This document shows, one piece after another, positions 37,923-47,079 of a stretch of 64,000 bases of DNA; position 1 is the first letter of the stretch, and every line of letters starts with the position of its first letter. The notes under the pieces are model-generated. The model did no database searches. It saw nothing but the letters and a program-made list of their open reading frames with translations, and was not told the origin of the DNA. The stretch is taken from positions 93,164 through 157,163 of the forward strand of contig CAZERF010000002.1 of NCBI GenBank assembly GCA_964515375.1. Reading direction: 5' to 3'. Source of the DNA: an uncultured Candidatus Saccharibacteria bacterium. Lineage in GTDB: Bacteria > Patescibacteriota > Minisyncoccia > Phycocordibacterales > UBA6899. Both the position numbers and the translations under genes were made by a program.

Positions 37923-39818
37923 ATGAACAAATTTGACCCCACATCACACAACATCACGGAGGAGCAGAGAGCCCAACTGAAGGAATCGTTTCCAGAAGCA
38001 TTTACTGAGCAGGGAATAGATTTTGAGTGTCTCAAGACACTTCTCGGGGAAACGGTTGAAACAGGACCCGAGCGCTATTCCTTCACCTGGCCAGGGAAGA
38101 CTGAGGCGATTCGTGCCGCACAAGCATCAAGTATGGGCACGCTCGTTCCAGACAAAGCATCGTCAGTGGATTGGGACACCACAGAGAATCTGTATCTTGA
38201 GGGAGACAACTTGGAGATTTTGAAGCTCCTTCAGAAGTCCTACGCCGGAAAAGTGAAGATGATCTATATTGACCCTCCATACAACACTGGAAAGGACTTT
38301 GTGTACCCCGACAAGTATGGTGAGGGCCTGAAGACATACCTGGAATATACGGGGCAAATAGATGGCGAGGGAAAGAAGCTGACGACAAACACCGAAACAG
38401 ACGGTCGCTACCACTCAAAGTGGCTTAACATGATGTACCCACGACTGATGCTCGCACGGAATCTGCTCAAGGATGATGGGGTGATCTTCGTCTCAATTGA
38501 TGATCATGAGGTCCACAATCTGCGGAAGATTATGGACGAGGTTTTTGGAGCAGAGAATTTTATAGCAGTATTTACATGGGTGCGCAAAAAGAAAGGTTCA
38601 TTCTTGTCTGACAAAACAAGAAAAATGACGGAATATATAGTCTGCTACCAAAAAAATATTTCTGAAAAATTGGAGTTTTATGGAGAGGATGCATACGCGG
38701 ACAAATGGCAGCCCATCGTGAAGCGTACAAATTCAGAAAAAGAACTATCAATCCCAGAAAATGTTGTTGAAACAACACTGGAAGATGGAGAATATGAGGG
38801 TGGATTCCGAGGCAACGAAGGAACCGGTATAAATTTTCAAAACAACTTTAAAGTTGAAGATGGTCTTGTAAAAAACAGGATTATCGTACGTGGAAACTTT
38901 GTTTGGACACAAGATTTTTTAGATCGCGAACTTGTTAGTGGCACCAGGATTTCTCTCTCAACAAAATTTGGTTTTAATGTCTTGAGGCACGATCAAGAAG
39001 AAAAAACAAAAACACCGTCAACCCTAATTAATAGTGACAATGATGTTGGAACGAATGAGGATGCCACCGCTGAGGTAATCAGCCTATTTGATGGAAAGAA
39101 AGTTTTTGATTATCCAAAACCCGTATCACTACTTTCTTATTTAGTGAAAATGGTTACTTCCGAAAATGATATTGTATTAGATTTCTTTTCCGGATCAGGA
39201 ACCACCGCACATGCGCTGATGGAAATAAATGCTAAAGATGGGGGAGGGAAAAAATTTATATTAACCCAGCTTCAGGAAACAGTACCTAACGATAGTGAAG
39301 CGCAAAAATCTGGATTCCAAAATATCTCAGAACTTGGACGCGAGAGAATCAAGCGCGCCGGAAAGAAAATTCGCGAGGAACTTGCCGAGAATATCACCAC
39401 AAGAGAAACCCCACTGGACACAGGATTTAAGGTATTTCGCCTTGCTCCAAGTACGTTCAATGTTTGGGATGTGAAAGGAGAAGATGATCTTCAAGTGAAA
39501 CTCGTTGACGCCACTTCCTTGATCAAGGGGGATGCAAAAGAGGAGGACATTCTCACTGAGCTCATTTTGAAGAGTGGCTACGGACTCACAGAGAAAGTTG
39601 AGCAGATCACACTCTCCGAGAAGAAGTTTTATTCGGTCGCAGGTGGGAAGCTCATTGTTTCGCTTGAGTCAGGACTTACGCTAGAGCATGTACGGGCAAT
39701 TGCCGAGAAGAAACCGGAACAGTTTGTTGCGCAGGAGCATGGCTTTGCAAGCAACGATGTGTTGACCAACACTGCGCAGATTATGAAAGATAAGGGAATT
39801 GATTTCCGCGTACTCTAG
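37923..39818 (+). CDS. mod: Type III restriction-modification methyltransferase
   Basis: EGDNLEILK, IYIDPPYNTG, HSKWLNMMYPRL, FDYPKP, DFFSGSGTT, DTGFKVF. Confidence 0.95.
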   Translation: MNKFDPTSHNITEEQRAQLKESFPEAFTEQGIDFECLKTLLGETVETGPERYSFTWPGKTEAIRAAQASSMGTLVPDKASSVDWDTTENLYLEGDNLEILKLLQKSYAGKVKMIYIDPPYNTGKDFVYPDKYGEGLKTYLEYTGQIDGEGKKLTTNTETDGRYHSKWLNMMYPRLMLARNLLKDDGVIFVSIDDHEVHNLRKIMDEVFGAENFIAVFTWVRKKKGSFLSDKTRKMTEYIVCYQKNISEKLEFYGEDAYADKWQPIVKRTNSEKELSIPENVVETTLEDGEYEGGFRGNEGTGINFQNNFKVEDGLVKNRIIVRGNFVWTQDFLDRELVSGTRISLSTKFGFNVLRHDQEEKTKTPSTLINSDNDVGTNEDATAEVISLFDGKKVFDYPKPVSLLSYLVKMVTSENDIVLDFFSGSGTTAHALMEINAKDGGGKKFILTQLQETVPNDSEAQKSGFQNISELGRERIKRAGKKIREELAENITTRETPLDTGFKVFRLAPSTFNVWDVKGEDDLQVKLVDATSLIKGDAKEEDILTELILKSGYGLTEKVEQITLSEKKFYSVAGGKLIVSLESGLTLEHVRAIAEKKPEQFVAQEHGFASNDVLTNTAQIMKDKGIDFRVL

Positions 39819-39820
39819 TC

Positions 39821-42766
39821 ATGAAGCTGCAATTTGATCCAAACCAGGAGTACCAGATGGATGCGGTTCGTGCATCGGTAGATCTCTTTGAGGGGCTACC
39901 GATTGAGGAGGACAGTTTTTCCGTTTCTGTGGCAAAAGAAAATTTGCCAGGGATGTTTGAGGCGCAAACTGAAGATGTGCTCGCATTTGGAAACCACACC
40001 ACTCTCCCCGACGATGAATTATTGAAGAATCTTCAGTCTGTGCAAGAACGAAATGGGATTGAGGTCACTGAGACACTTCAGAAAACAATGGGGTATCCGC
40101 AATTCTCTGTTGAGATGGAAACTGGGACAGGAAAGACCTATGTGTATCTACGCACGATCCACGAGCTCCATGCGAAGTATGGATACAGCAAGTTTGTGAT
40201 CGTGGTTCCCGGTAAGGCAATTCGCGAGGGAACACTCAAGAATTTGGAGATCACGGGAGATCACTTCCAGACTCTCTATGGAAACACGCCATTTTCGTAT
40301 GCAGTGTATGACTCAAAAAACATGAGTACTGTGCGTGACTTTGCTGTATCGCGCGGGCTCTCAATTTTGATCATCAACATTGAGGCATTTCGTAAGGATT
40401 TTGATGATGAGAATATGGATCCCGAGAGAGGTGTGCTTTTTCATCGTCCGAGCGAGAAGCTCTCCGGTCGTTCACCGCGCGAATTCTTGCAAGCAGTCCA
40501 TCCGATTGTGATTATTGATGAACCGCAGAGTGTAGACAATACTCCGATAGCAAAGAAGTCCATCTCACTCCTTAATCCTTTATTCACCCTCCGCTATTCT
40601 GCAACGCACCGTAATCCGTACAATCTCATTTATCGCCTAGATCCCATTCGTGCGTATGAGATGCGACTCGTGAAGAAGGTCGCTGTGGCCGAAGTTCTTG
40701 GATCACAAGAATCGGGGGCAGGTGCGTATATAAAACTCATTTCAGTTACCAATGATGGAGGAATTAAGGCACAGATTGAGATTGATGAGGATAACGAAAG
40801 CGGTCCGAAGCGAAAGAAGATCAAAGTGAAGGGTGGTGACGACTTGTTTGTGAAATCCAAACATAGAGATGCTTATCAGAATGGTTTTCTGGTCGGCGAG
40901 ATTGGCGCCGAACAAGGGAAGGAGTTTATTTCTTTTGAACCAAGTGGAATCACGCTCCATATTGGCGAGGCACTCGGTGGTGACGATGAGGCTATTAAGC
41001 GCCTCCAGATCAGGAAAACGATTGAAGAACATTTTGAAAAGGAACTAGAGCTTGAAGGGCGCGGAATCAAAGTGCTCTCGCTTTTCTTTCTGGATCGTGT
41101 AGCAAACTATCGTCTCTATCCCGAAGAAGGGGAAGCTGAGAAGGGTCAGTACGCCAAGTGGTTTGAGGAAGAGTATGAGCGTCTGCGTCAGACTGAGAAA
41201 TATAAGACACTGAAGCAGCCACCAGTTGAAAAGGTGCATGATGGTTATTTTGCTGAAGACAAGAGCGGCAAACTCAAAGATTCTCGCGGTGAGGGCGATA
41301 CCGCCGACGATGAATCTGCTTACAACAAGATCATGAAAGAGAAGGAGCGCCTGCTCTCTTTTGAGGAGCCCCTCAAGTTCATTTTCTCTCACTCAGCATT
41401 GCGTGAAGGATGGGACAATCCGAATGTGTTTCAGATTTGCACACTCAATCAGGCACATAACGCGATCAAAAAGCGCCAGGAAATTGGGCGTGGGATGCGC
41501 CTCCCCGTGGATCAGAGTGGGGTCCGCGTATTTGATGAGTCAATTAACAAACTCGTTGTTGTTGCGAATGAGAGTTATAAGGATTTTGCACGAAAACTCC
41601 AGACTGAATATGAAGAAGATTGTGGGGTAACATTCGGAAAGATTACTGAGAAGACATTTGTGGGACTCACATATGAAAAAGATGGCGCAGAGGTGTTGCT
41701 AAATGAAGCAACGATTGCGACAATCATCCAAACACTTCGGACATTAGGCATGATTGATGAGAATGGCAAACTCACGGATGCTTTTGATCCTACACAAGTA
41801 GGATTCACCCTGGGGCTCATGGGAGACTTGAAGGAGATTGAACTGGAGATCATTGATCGGATCAAAGAATACCAACTTGAGCGCCATATTGTGCGTCACC
41901 AAGCGAAAGGGCGCGTTAAGATCAACAAAGAAGTATTCTTGAGCCCCGATTTTGCTGAGTTGTGGAATCGTATTAAGGCAAGAACTACCTATGCGGTGAA
42001 GTTTTCCGACGACCTACTGATAACGACAATTTCGGATCGCCTGCGTGCAATGCCCGCGATCACGCTCCCTAAGGTGCAGTATGTGAAGGCTGAGTTCTCG
42101 CTGGATGATCGTGGGGTGACAACACGCGAGGTGCGAAATAGAACCGAGGAGGTGAAGCAGGACAATGCGCAGCTTCCGGACATCCTCTCGTATCTCCAAC
42201 GAGCAACGCATCTTCGGAGGAAGACGCTCGTAGATGTACTTACGCGCTCGGGGAGGCTCGCTGATTTCGCGAAAAACCCTCAAAAATTCATGGATGTGGT
42301 GGCCGAGACAATCCGCGCTGAGCTTCGCCGTCTTTCTGTTGAGGGTATTCAGTATGAGCGTGTGGCAGGCGAGGAGTATGAAATGACCCTTTTTGAGGAT
42401 CACGAGTTTTCTGCATATTTGAGCGATCTTCTCCCGTCTAAGAAGTCGGTGTACGAACGCGTTTCCTATGACTCTGATATTGAGCGTCGCTTCGCCTTGG
42501 AGTTAGAGAAGAAGGATCAGGTCAAACTCTATGTCAAACTTCCATCATGGTTTACCGTTGAGACTCCGGTGGGCAAATACAATCCCGATTGGGCGATAGT
42601 GAAGCACGGAGACGAGAAGGTGTACTTGGTCCGAGAGACGAAAGGTTCACTTGAAGCAAGCGCGCTCCGAATTTCAGAAGATCAGAAGATCAAGTGCGGC
42701 AAGAAGCACTTCGCCTCCATCGGCATGGACAACTTTGAGGTGGTAAAAGATGCGAGTGAGATATAG
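39821..42766 (+). CDS. res: Type III restriction endonuclease (helicase plus PD-(D/E)XK nuclease)
   Basis: EMETGTGKT, IIDEPQ, YSATH, LREGWDNPNVFQIC, QEIGRGMR, YNPDW..VRETKG. Confidence 0.95.
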   Translation: MKLQFDPNQEYQMDAVRASVDLFEGLPIEEDSFSVSVAKENLPGMFEAQTEDVLAFGNHTTLPDDELLKNLQSVQERNGIEVTETLQKTMGYPQFSVEMETGTGKTYVYLRTIHELHAKYGYSKFVIVVPGKAIREGTLKNLEITGDHFQTLYGNTPFSYAVYDSKNMSTVRDFAVSRGLSILIINIEAFRKDFDDENMDPERGVLFHRPSEKLSGRSPREFLQAVHPIVIIDEPQSVDNTPIAKKSISLLNPLFTLRYSATHRNPYNLIYRLDPIRAYEMRLVKKVAVAEVLGSQESGAGAYIKLISVTNDGGIKAQIEIDEDNESGPKRKKIKVKGGDDLFVKSKHRDAYQNGFLVGEIGAEQGKEFISFEPSGITLHIGEALGGDDEAIKRLQIRKTIEEHFEKELELEGRGIKVLSLFFLDRVANYRLYPEEGEAEKGQYAKWFEEEYERLRQTEKYKTLKQPPVEKVHDGYFAEDKSGKLKDSRGEGDTADDESAYNKIMKEKERLLSFEEPLKFIFSHSALREGWDNPNVFQICTLNQAHNAIKKRQEIGRGMRLPVDQSGVRVFDESINKLVVVANESYKDFARKLQTEYEEDCGVTFGKITEKTFVGLTYEKDGAEVLLNEATIATIIQTLRTLGMIDENGKLTDAFDPTQVGFTLGLMGDLKEIELEIIDRIKEYQLERHIVRHQAKGRVKINKEVFLSPDFAELWNRIKARTTYAVKFSDDLLITTISDRLRAMPAITLPKVQYVKAEFSLDDRGVTTREVRNRTEEVKQDNAQLPDILSYLQRATHLRRKTLVDVLTRSGRLADFAKNPQKFMDVVAETIRAELRRLSVEGIQYERVAGEEYEMTLFEDHEFSAYLSDLLPSKKSVYERVSYDSDIERRFALELEKKDQVKLYVKLPSWFTVETPVGKYNPDWAIVKHGDEKVYLVRETKGSLEASALRISEDQKIKCGKKHFASIGMDNFEVVKDASEI

Positions 42767-42782
42767 CACAACAACAAACACC

Positions 42783-43316
42783 CTACGTGGGGTGTTTGTT
42801 GTTCTCGCCACTCTTTTGTTTCGCCTCTTCACATTTTCTGATTTCCTCTTCCAACTTAAATACACCTGCGAGGCCGGCGTTGTGGAGCGCTCTTGATATC
42901 TCCTCCAACATATAGTCTGGAAGACGATTCTCCAGCGGGTTACTCTCATCAGTGTATCTCCATCGAGAATCGGCATAGGTGCCATGGTGATGCTTGAGCC
43001 AGAAGACAATTGCAGTCATTGCGCCATCTTTGATTTTCTTAATGAGTTGAGACTCGGCCATATCGTTGACGAGAGTTCGTCCTTCGCTGATCGCGACCGC
43101 GCTTTCCTCGGCGAAGTGCTTATCCGAATTCATCCACTTGTAGTATGTTGCACGGGCGACCCCAGCTCGCTCGCAAGCAAGCTGGATGATCGAACTCTTG
43201 CGCAGGTGCTCAAGTACTTCCTGCTTCATTTGTGCGGTGCGCTTCTCTGTCGCACCACTTGGTTGGGACACTACTTTCTTCGGTCCCCGCTTTGGTGTGT
43301 GCGGTGACCGGGTCAT
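42783..43316 (-). CDS. HTH protein, phage terminase small subunit-like (phBC6A51-type)
   Basis: IIQLACERAGVARATYYKW..DMAESQL..AIVFWLKHHH. Confidence 0.75.
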   Translation of the reverse strand: MTRSPHTPKRGPKKVVSQPSGATEKRTAQMKQEVLEHLRKSSIIQLACERAGVARATYYKWMNSDKHFAEESAVAISEGRTLVNDMAESQLIKKIKDGAMTAIVFWLKHHHGTYADSRWRYTDESNPLENRLPDYMLEEISRALHNAGLAGVFKLEEEIRKCEEAKQKSGENNKHPT

Positions 43317-43325
43317 ACGAGCGAA

Positions 43326-44666
43326 TTAGTTGATCTTCTTTGCCCGCACCCCGGCTGTTTTCTCCCACCGACGCAGAATCACCTCGGCATAGACGGGGGA
43401 CTTTTCCATGAGAAAGCACCGTCGTCCAAGCTTGAGTGAGGCGATGAGGGTACTTCCGCTTCCGCCAAAGGGCTCAAGAACGAGGTCTCCGCGTTTGGTG
43501 AGCACCTTGATGTATGGGATGAGGATCTCGGTCGGCTTTGTCCCAAAGATGACCCCTTGTCCTGATGACTTCTCGTCCGCGGCGATATACTCAACGAAGT
43601 CGGTCGGACAGACCTTCTTTCCTTTCTCGTACCCCTCCCACTGGGGTTTACCACTTGTCGCATAGAGGGCATTCTCGTATTCATTCTGGAAGAGACCTTC
43701 TTCTTCCTCGAGGTTGAGTCCGACATTTCCGATTGACCCCACCAATGCAATATCTTGCTTATTGAAGAACTTATACTTTGAACTAAAGCCCTGCATTCTA
43801 TTAGGGAGATGCCAAGTGATGGTATTGCGGTACTTCCAATGCTTCTCGAGCTCGTTCCATATAGTGCGGAGATTCTTTGGGTGCTCGAAGATCATGATTG
43901 AGAAATCCTCTTTCTGCACCTTCGCGACATTTGCCATCCATTTCTCGGTAAAGTCTGGTGGAAGGACGTCGGTCTCGAGGTATCGACGGTTCTTCTTCGC
44001 CCCGAATCCAGTTGTGACACCATCCTTCTGCTTCGTTTTGCCCTTTAAATAATCAAGGATATACGGAGGATCCGTCATGGTCATGTCCACTCGCTCATCG
44101 CCCATGAGGGTGAGCATGTTCGCTTCGATGGTCGAGTCCCCACACATGAGCCGGGAGCCGTTGCATTCATAGATGTCACCCTTCTGCACTTTCACTTCTG
44201 TAATCGAGAGTTTCTCGAGTTCTTTCTTGAGATCGAATTGTTCCGGCGCAGAATCAACATCGAAGATGCTATCGAGGTCTTCCGTGGTGAAGCCAATGTC
44301 TTTCAAGAAATCCTCTCCGAAATCTGCGAGCATCTTGAAGTCGAACTCCCCGAGATTCTTATTCAGTCGCACATTAAGCTCCTTCTCCTTCGCGAGGTCT
44401 GCAATCGTGATGTACACCACGGGGACTTGTTCAACGCCAAGCTCGGTCGCTGCCTTGAGTCGGAAGTGACCGCCAATGACGATGTTCTCTCGTCCGGGCG
44501 CATCGTTTGCCACGAGCGGATCTACAAAACCGAAACGCCTGATGCTCTCCTTGAGTGCGCTCATCTGCTCCGCATTCCACGTGCGCGGGTTGTATTCGCT
44601 TGGCTTGAGGCTGGTAATCGATACATAGCTGATAGATAACTTGTTCATAACAAAATAGCTAACCAT
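43326..44666 (-). CDS. ParB-like N-terminal domain fused to an N6/N4 DNA methyltransferase
   Basis: LKPSEYNPR..SIRRFGFVDP..IGGHFR; TDPPY; TKP; EPFGGSGST. Confidence 0.92.
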   Translation of the reverse strand: MVSYFVMNKLSISYVSITSLKPSEYNPRTWNAEQMSALKESIRRFGFVDPLVANDAPGRENIVIGGHFRLKAATELGVEQVPVVYITIADLAKEKELNVRLNKNLGEFDFKMLADFGEDFLKDIGFTTEDLDSIFDVDSAPEQFDLKKELEKLSITEVKVQKGDIYECNGSRLMCGDSTIEANMLTLMGDERVDMTMTDPPYILDYLKGKTKQKDGVTTGFGAKKNRRYLETDVLPPDFTEKWMANVAKVQKEDFSIMIFEHPKNLRTIWNELEKHWKYRNTITWHLPNRMQGFSSKYKFFNKQDIALVGSIGNVGLNLEEEEGLFQNEYENALYATSGKPQWEGYEKGKKVCPTDFVEYIAADEKSSGQGVIFGTKPTEILIPYIKVLTKRGDLVLEPFGGSGSTLIASLKLGRRCFLMEKSPVYAEVILRRWEKTAGVRAKKIN

Positions 44667-44940
44667 TAATCAATTTGGTTTCGATTTGGGGTTGAAGCGC
44701 AAACGCTATTTGGTGAGAAACAAAAAACTCCGCGACCGCGAATGACATTCTGTGCGAGCAATGCATTCGTTACTACTTGGGAGTTCTACTTAGTGAAAAA
44801 CCTATTTGGGATACTGTTTGGTTATCTTTATGGTATGCCTTTGACGCTTTTTCGCAATGGATAGTTATCCACTATTACGCTATTCGCACCGTTGTCGGTT
44901 GGAGTATGTGGAACAAGTATGTTGGCGGTACAATATAGTG

Positions 44941-45492
44941 ATGGAAGATTTACAAGCAGAATATAGAACTGCTTACCAAAACGGTGAGTATGAAAAGTGT
45001 CTCGAGCTAACAAACGTGGTACTTACCGACGATCCTATTAATTTTGACGCACTGGCTCAGAAGGGTGCGACATTAATGCGTTTAAATAGGAACAAAGATG
45101 CAATCGAAGTATTTTCCGAATCCATCAAGGTGAACAATACTGCTTACCATGTTTGGGTATTCAGGGGAGATTGTCATTACGCGTTGGCTGATTATGAAAA
45201 AGCCTTCAGTGATTATTGGGTTTCCTTACAACTTGAACCTGACAATGGTGCAGCAGTTGATAGATGTGCTCGCTGTTTGTTTCATATGGGGGACACAAAA
45301 GAAGCATTGAAATATATAAGGAAGGCAGCCGGAATAGCAGAGTCTTCAGAGCCAATGCTGGTAATGATTCACATGTTGAAACTAATGGGATTTCCAAGTT
45401 ACGCAAAGGAAGTCTATCGAATGGGTCTTAAGAAATTTCCTGAAGAAAGCGAGAGGTTCCGTGTATTTCTAGACAGAGAAATAGAAAAATAG
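44941..45492 (+). CDS. TPR-repeat protein
   Basis: Consecutive TPR-like helices (ALAQKGATLMRLNRNKDAIEVF; VWVFRGDCHYALADYEKAFSDY). Confidence 0.85.
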   Translation: MEDLQAEYRTAYQNGEYEKCLELTNVVLTDDPINFDALAQKGATLMRLNRNKDAIEVFSESIKVNNTAYHVWVFRGDCHYALADYEKAFSDYWVSLQLEPDNGAAVDRCARCLFHMGDTKEALKYIRKAAGIAESSEPMLVMIHMLKLMGFPSYAKEVYRMGLKKFPEESERFRVFLDREIEK

Positions 45493-45767
45493 GCACAATG
45501 CGACGGTGTGTCTACTTTGTCTACTCAATTTGGTTCGAGTCCGAGTAGGGGGGGCTGATGAAGAGTCGAACTTTTTTATGAAACCCAGGTGGTGCTTGTG
45601 GGGTCTCATGAAGTGCGAGAATCGTCAGAATGAGGAGGCGGAGGCAAGAGAGGGGGTGATGATGGGGAAGTGATCTTTTGACCCCGACCGGATAGCCTCC
45701 TGTCTACTTGAAGAAGGAGCTCAAAGAACCTTGTCAGGGCCTCGCCCCCAAAGGTCGTGACTGGATT

Positions 45768-46076
45768 GGCACCCAACATCACAAAAGCAGAGCGTAAGCT
45801 CTGCTTTTGTTTTGATGTTGGAGTGCCTACAGGGATTCGAAAGACGGAGCCGGTACACAAGACGAGCGAAGCGAGTACTTGTCGGCGAGTCGGGGTCGAC
45901 AGCACTTATGAGCGAAGCGAATTAGTGACTGGTGACCGAATCCCCCTTGCATGTTTCCGTCAGGGATTCGAAGACCGCAGTGATGTTTCGTCAGCAGACG
46001 AAACCACGAGGGGCGGGCTGCGAGCTTGTCGCGCGGGGGCGAGACAAGACTTGTTGCCGAATCCCTGTAGGCACCC
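45768..46076. repeat. tRNA-His-derived inverted and direct 3'-end repeats with structured inserts
   Basis: GGCACCC, then hairpin at 45781-45810; inverted GTGCCTACAGGGATTCGAA at 45823-45841; CGAATCCC at 45937-45944; inverted CAGGGATTCGAA at 45961-45972; direct CGAATCCCTGTAGGCACCC at 46058-46076. Confidence 0.85.
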
Positions 46077-46137
46077 AAAATTGCACATATTTCTTAATAT
46101 GGTATACTTAAAAAATCACAATAAACCATATTAGGAT

Positions 46138-47079
46138 ATGTCAGTACTTGAAGCAAAACTCAAAAAAAGAATTGAACAAAAAAGAGAAGCACTGAACAAT
46201 CTCCGCCCACTTTCCACAACTGCGGTCAAAAAACTTCGAGAACAATTCGAGCTCGAAATGATCTATAACTCAAATGCGATCGAGGGGAATACGTTGACCC
46301 TAAAAGAAACATTCCTCGTATTATCTGAGGGCATTACCATAAAAGGAAAGCCGCTCAAGGATCACTTGGAGGCAAAGAATCACGCAGAAGCACTCACGTA
46401 CCTGTTTGACTTGGTAGACAAGGACAAGAAACATTCGTTTTCAGAGCATCTCATCCGCACTCTTCATCAGTTGGTTGTTCTGGATACAGAGAAAGAATCG
46501 GCCGGGAAATATCGCACGAGCGGCGTACTCATTACCGGCACCACTCATCGCCCCCCAGATGCTTTTGAGGTTCCGCAATTGATGCATGAACTCATTGGAT
46601 GGGTCCGTGCGCAAAGAACGAAACTATATCCAGTGGAGCTCGCGGCGATCCTGCACCACAAGATCGTTCATATCCATCCATTCTTCGATGGGAACGGGAG
46701 AACAGCGCGCCTCGCAATGAACGTCATTTTGCTCCAGGCGGGGTTTCCGTTGGTTGTCATTCTAAAAAATGATCGCAAAAAATATTATCGCGTACTTGCC
46801 CTTGCTGATAAAGGGAACTATACCCAGCTTGTGAAATTTGTAGTTCAGGCGGTTGAGCGGTCACTCGATATGTACGTGAAGGTACTTACTCCAAAAGAGA
46901 AAAAGAGTGAAAAATTTTTTACTCTCACAGAGTTAAGCAGAGGAACCTCATATTCCGCAAAATACCTCAATTTACTTGTTCGATCAGGAAAACTCGAGGC
47001 CCACAAAGAGGGGAGGAATTGGCTCGCTTCAAAAGAGGCACTGGCTAGATATATCTCTACCCGCGAAAGAAAAAGATAA
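46138..47079 (+). CDS. Fic family protein with C-terminal HTH
   Basis: HPFFDGNGRTAR catalytic motif; SNAIEGN inhibitory motif; C-terminal YLNLLVRSGKLEAHKEGRNW. Confidence 0.93.
   Translation: MSVLEAKLKKRIEQKREALNNLRPLSTTAVKKLREQFELEMIYNSNAIEGNTLTLKETFLVLSEGITIKGKPLKDHLEAKNHAEALTYLFDLVDKDKKHSFSEHLIRTLHQLVVLDTEKESAGKYRTSGVLITGTTHRPPDAFEVPQLMHELIGWVRAQRTKLYPVELAAILHHKIVHIHPFFDGNGRTARLAMNVILLQAGFPLVVILKNDRKKYYRVLALADKGNYTQLVKFVVQAVERSLDMYVKVLTPKEKKSEKFFTLTELSRGTSYSAKYLNLLVRSGKLEAHKEGRNWLASKEALARYISTRERKR

Larger units (their letters stand above)
27645..45774. mobile_element. Integrative element at the tRNA-His 3' end (serine recombinase type)
   Basis: GC drops right after tRNA-His. The element carries a recombinase, a ParB-methylase and RM cargo. 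GGCACCC (27638-27644) recurs at 45768-45774, followed by tRNA-His-derived repeats including a 19 bp direct copy at 46058-46076. Confidence 0.8.

Noticed and set aside
27645-45774. Prophage
   Set aside because: Only a terminase-small-like HTH and a ParB-methylase are present; no capsid, portal, large terminase or tail genes.
45606-46134. ORFs 45757-46134 (+), 45827-46078 (-) and the 5' part of 45606-45905 (-)
   Set aside because: They read through tRNA-derived repeats and hairpins. Only the portion from 45779 down to 45606 might be a real small gene.
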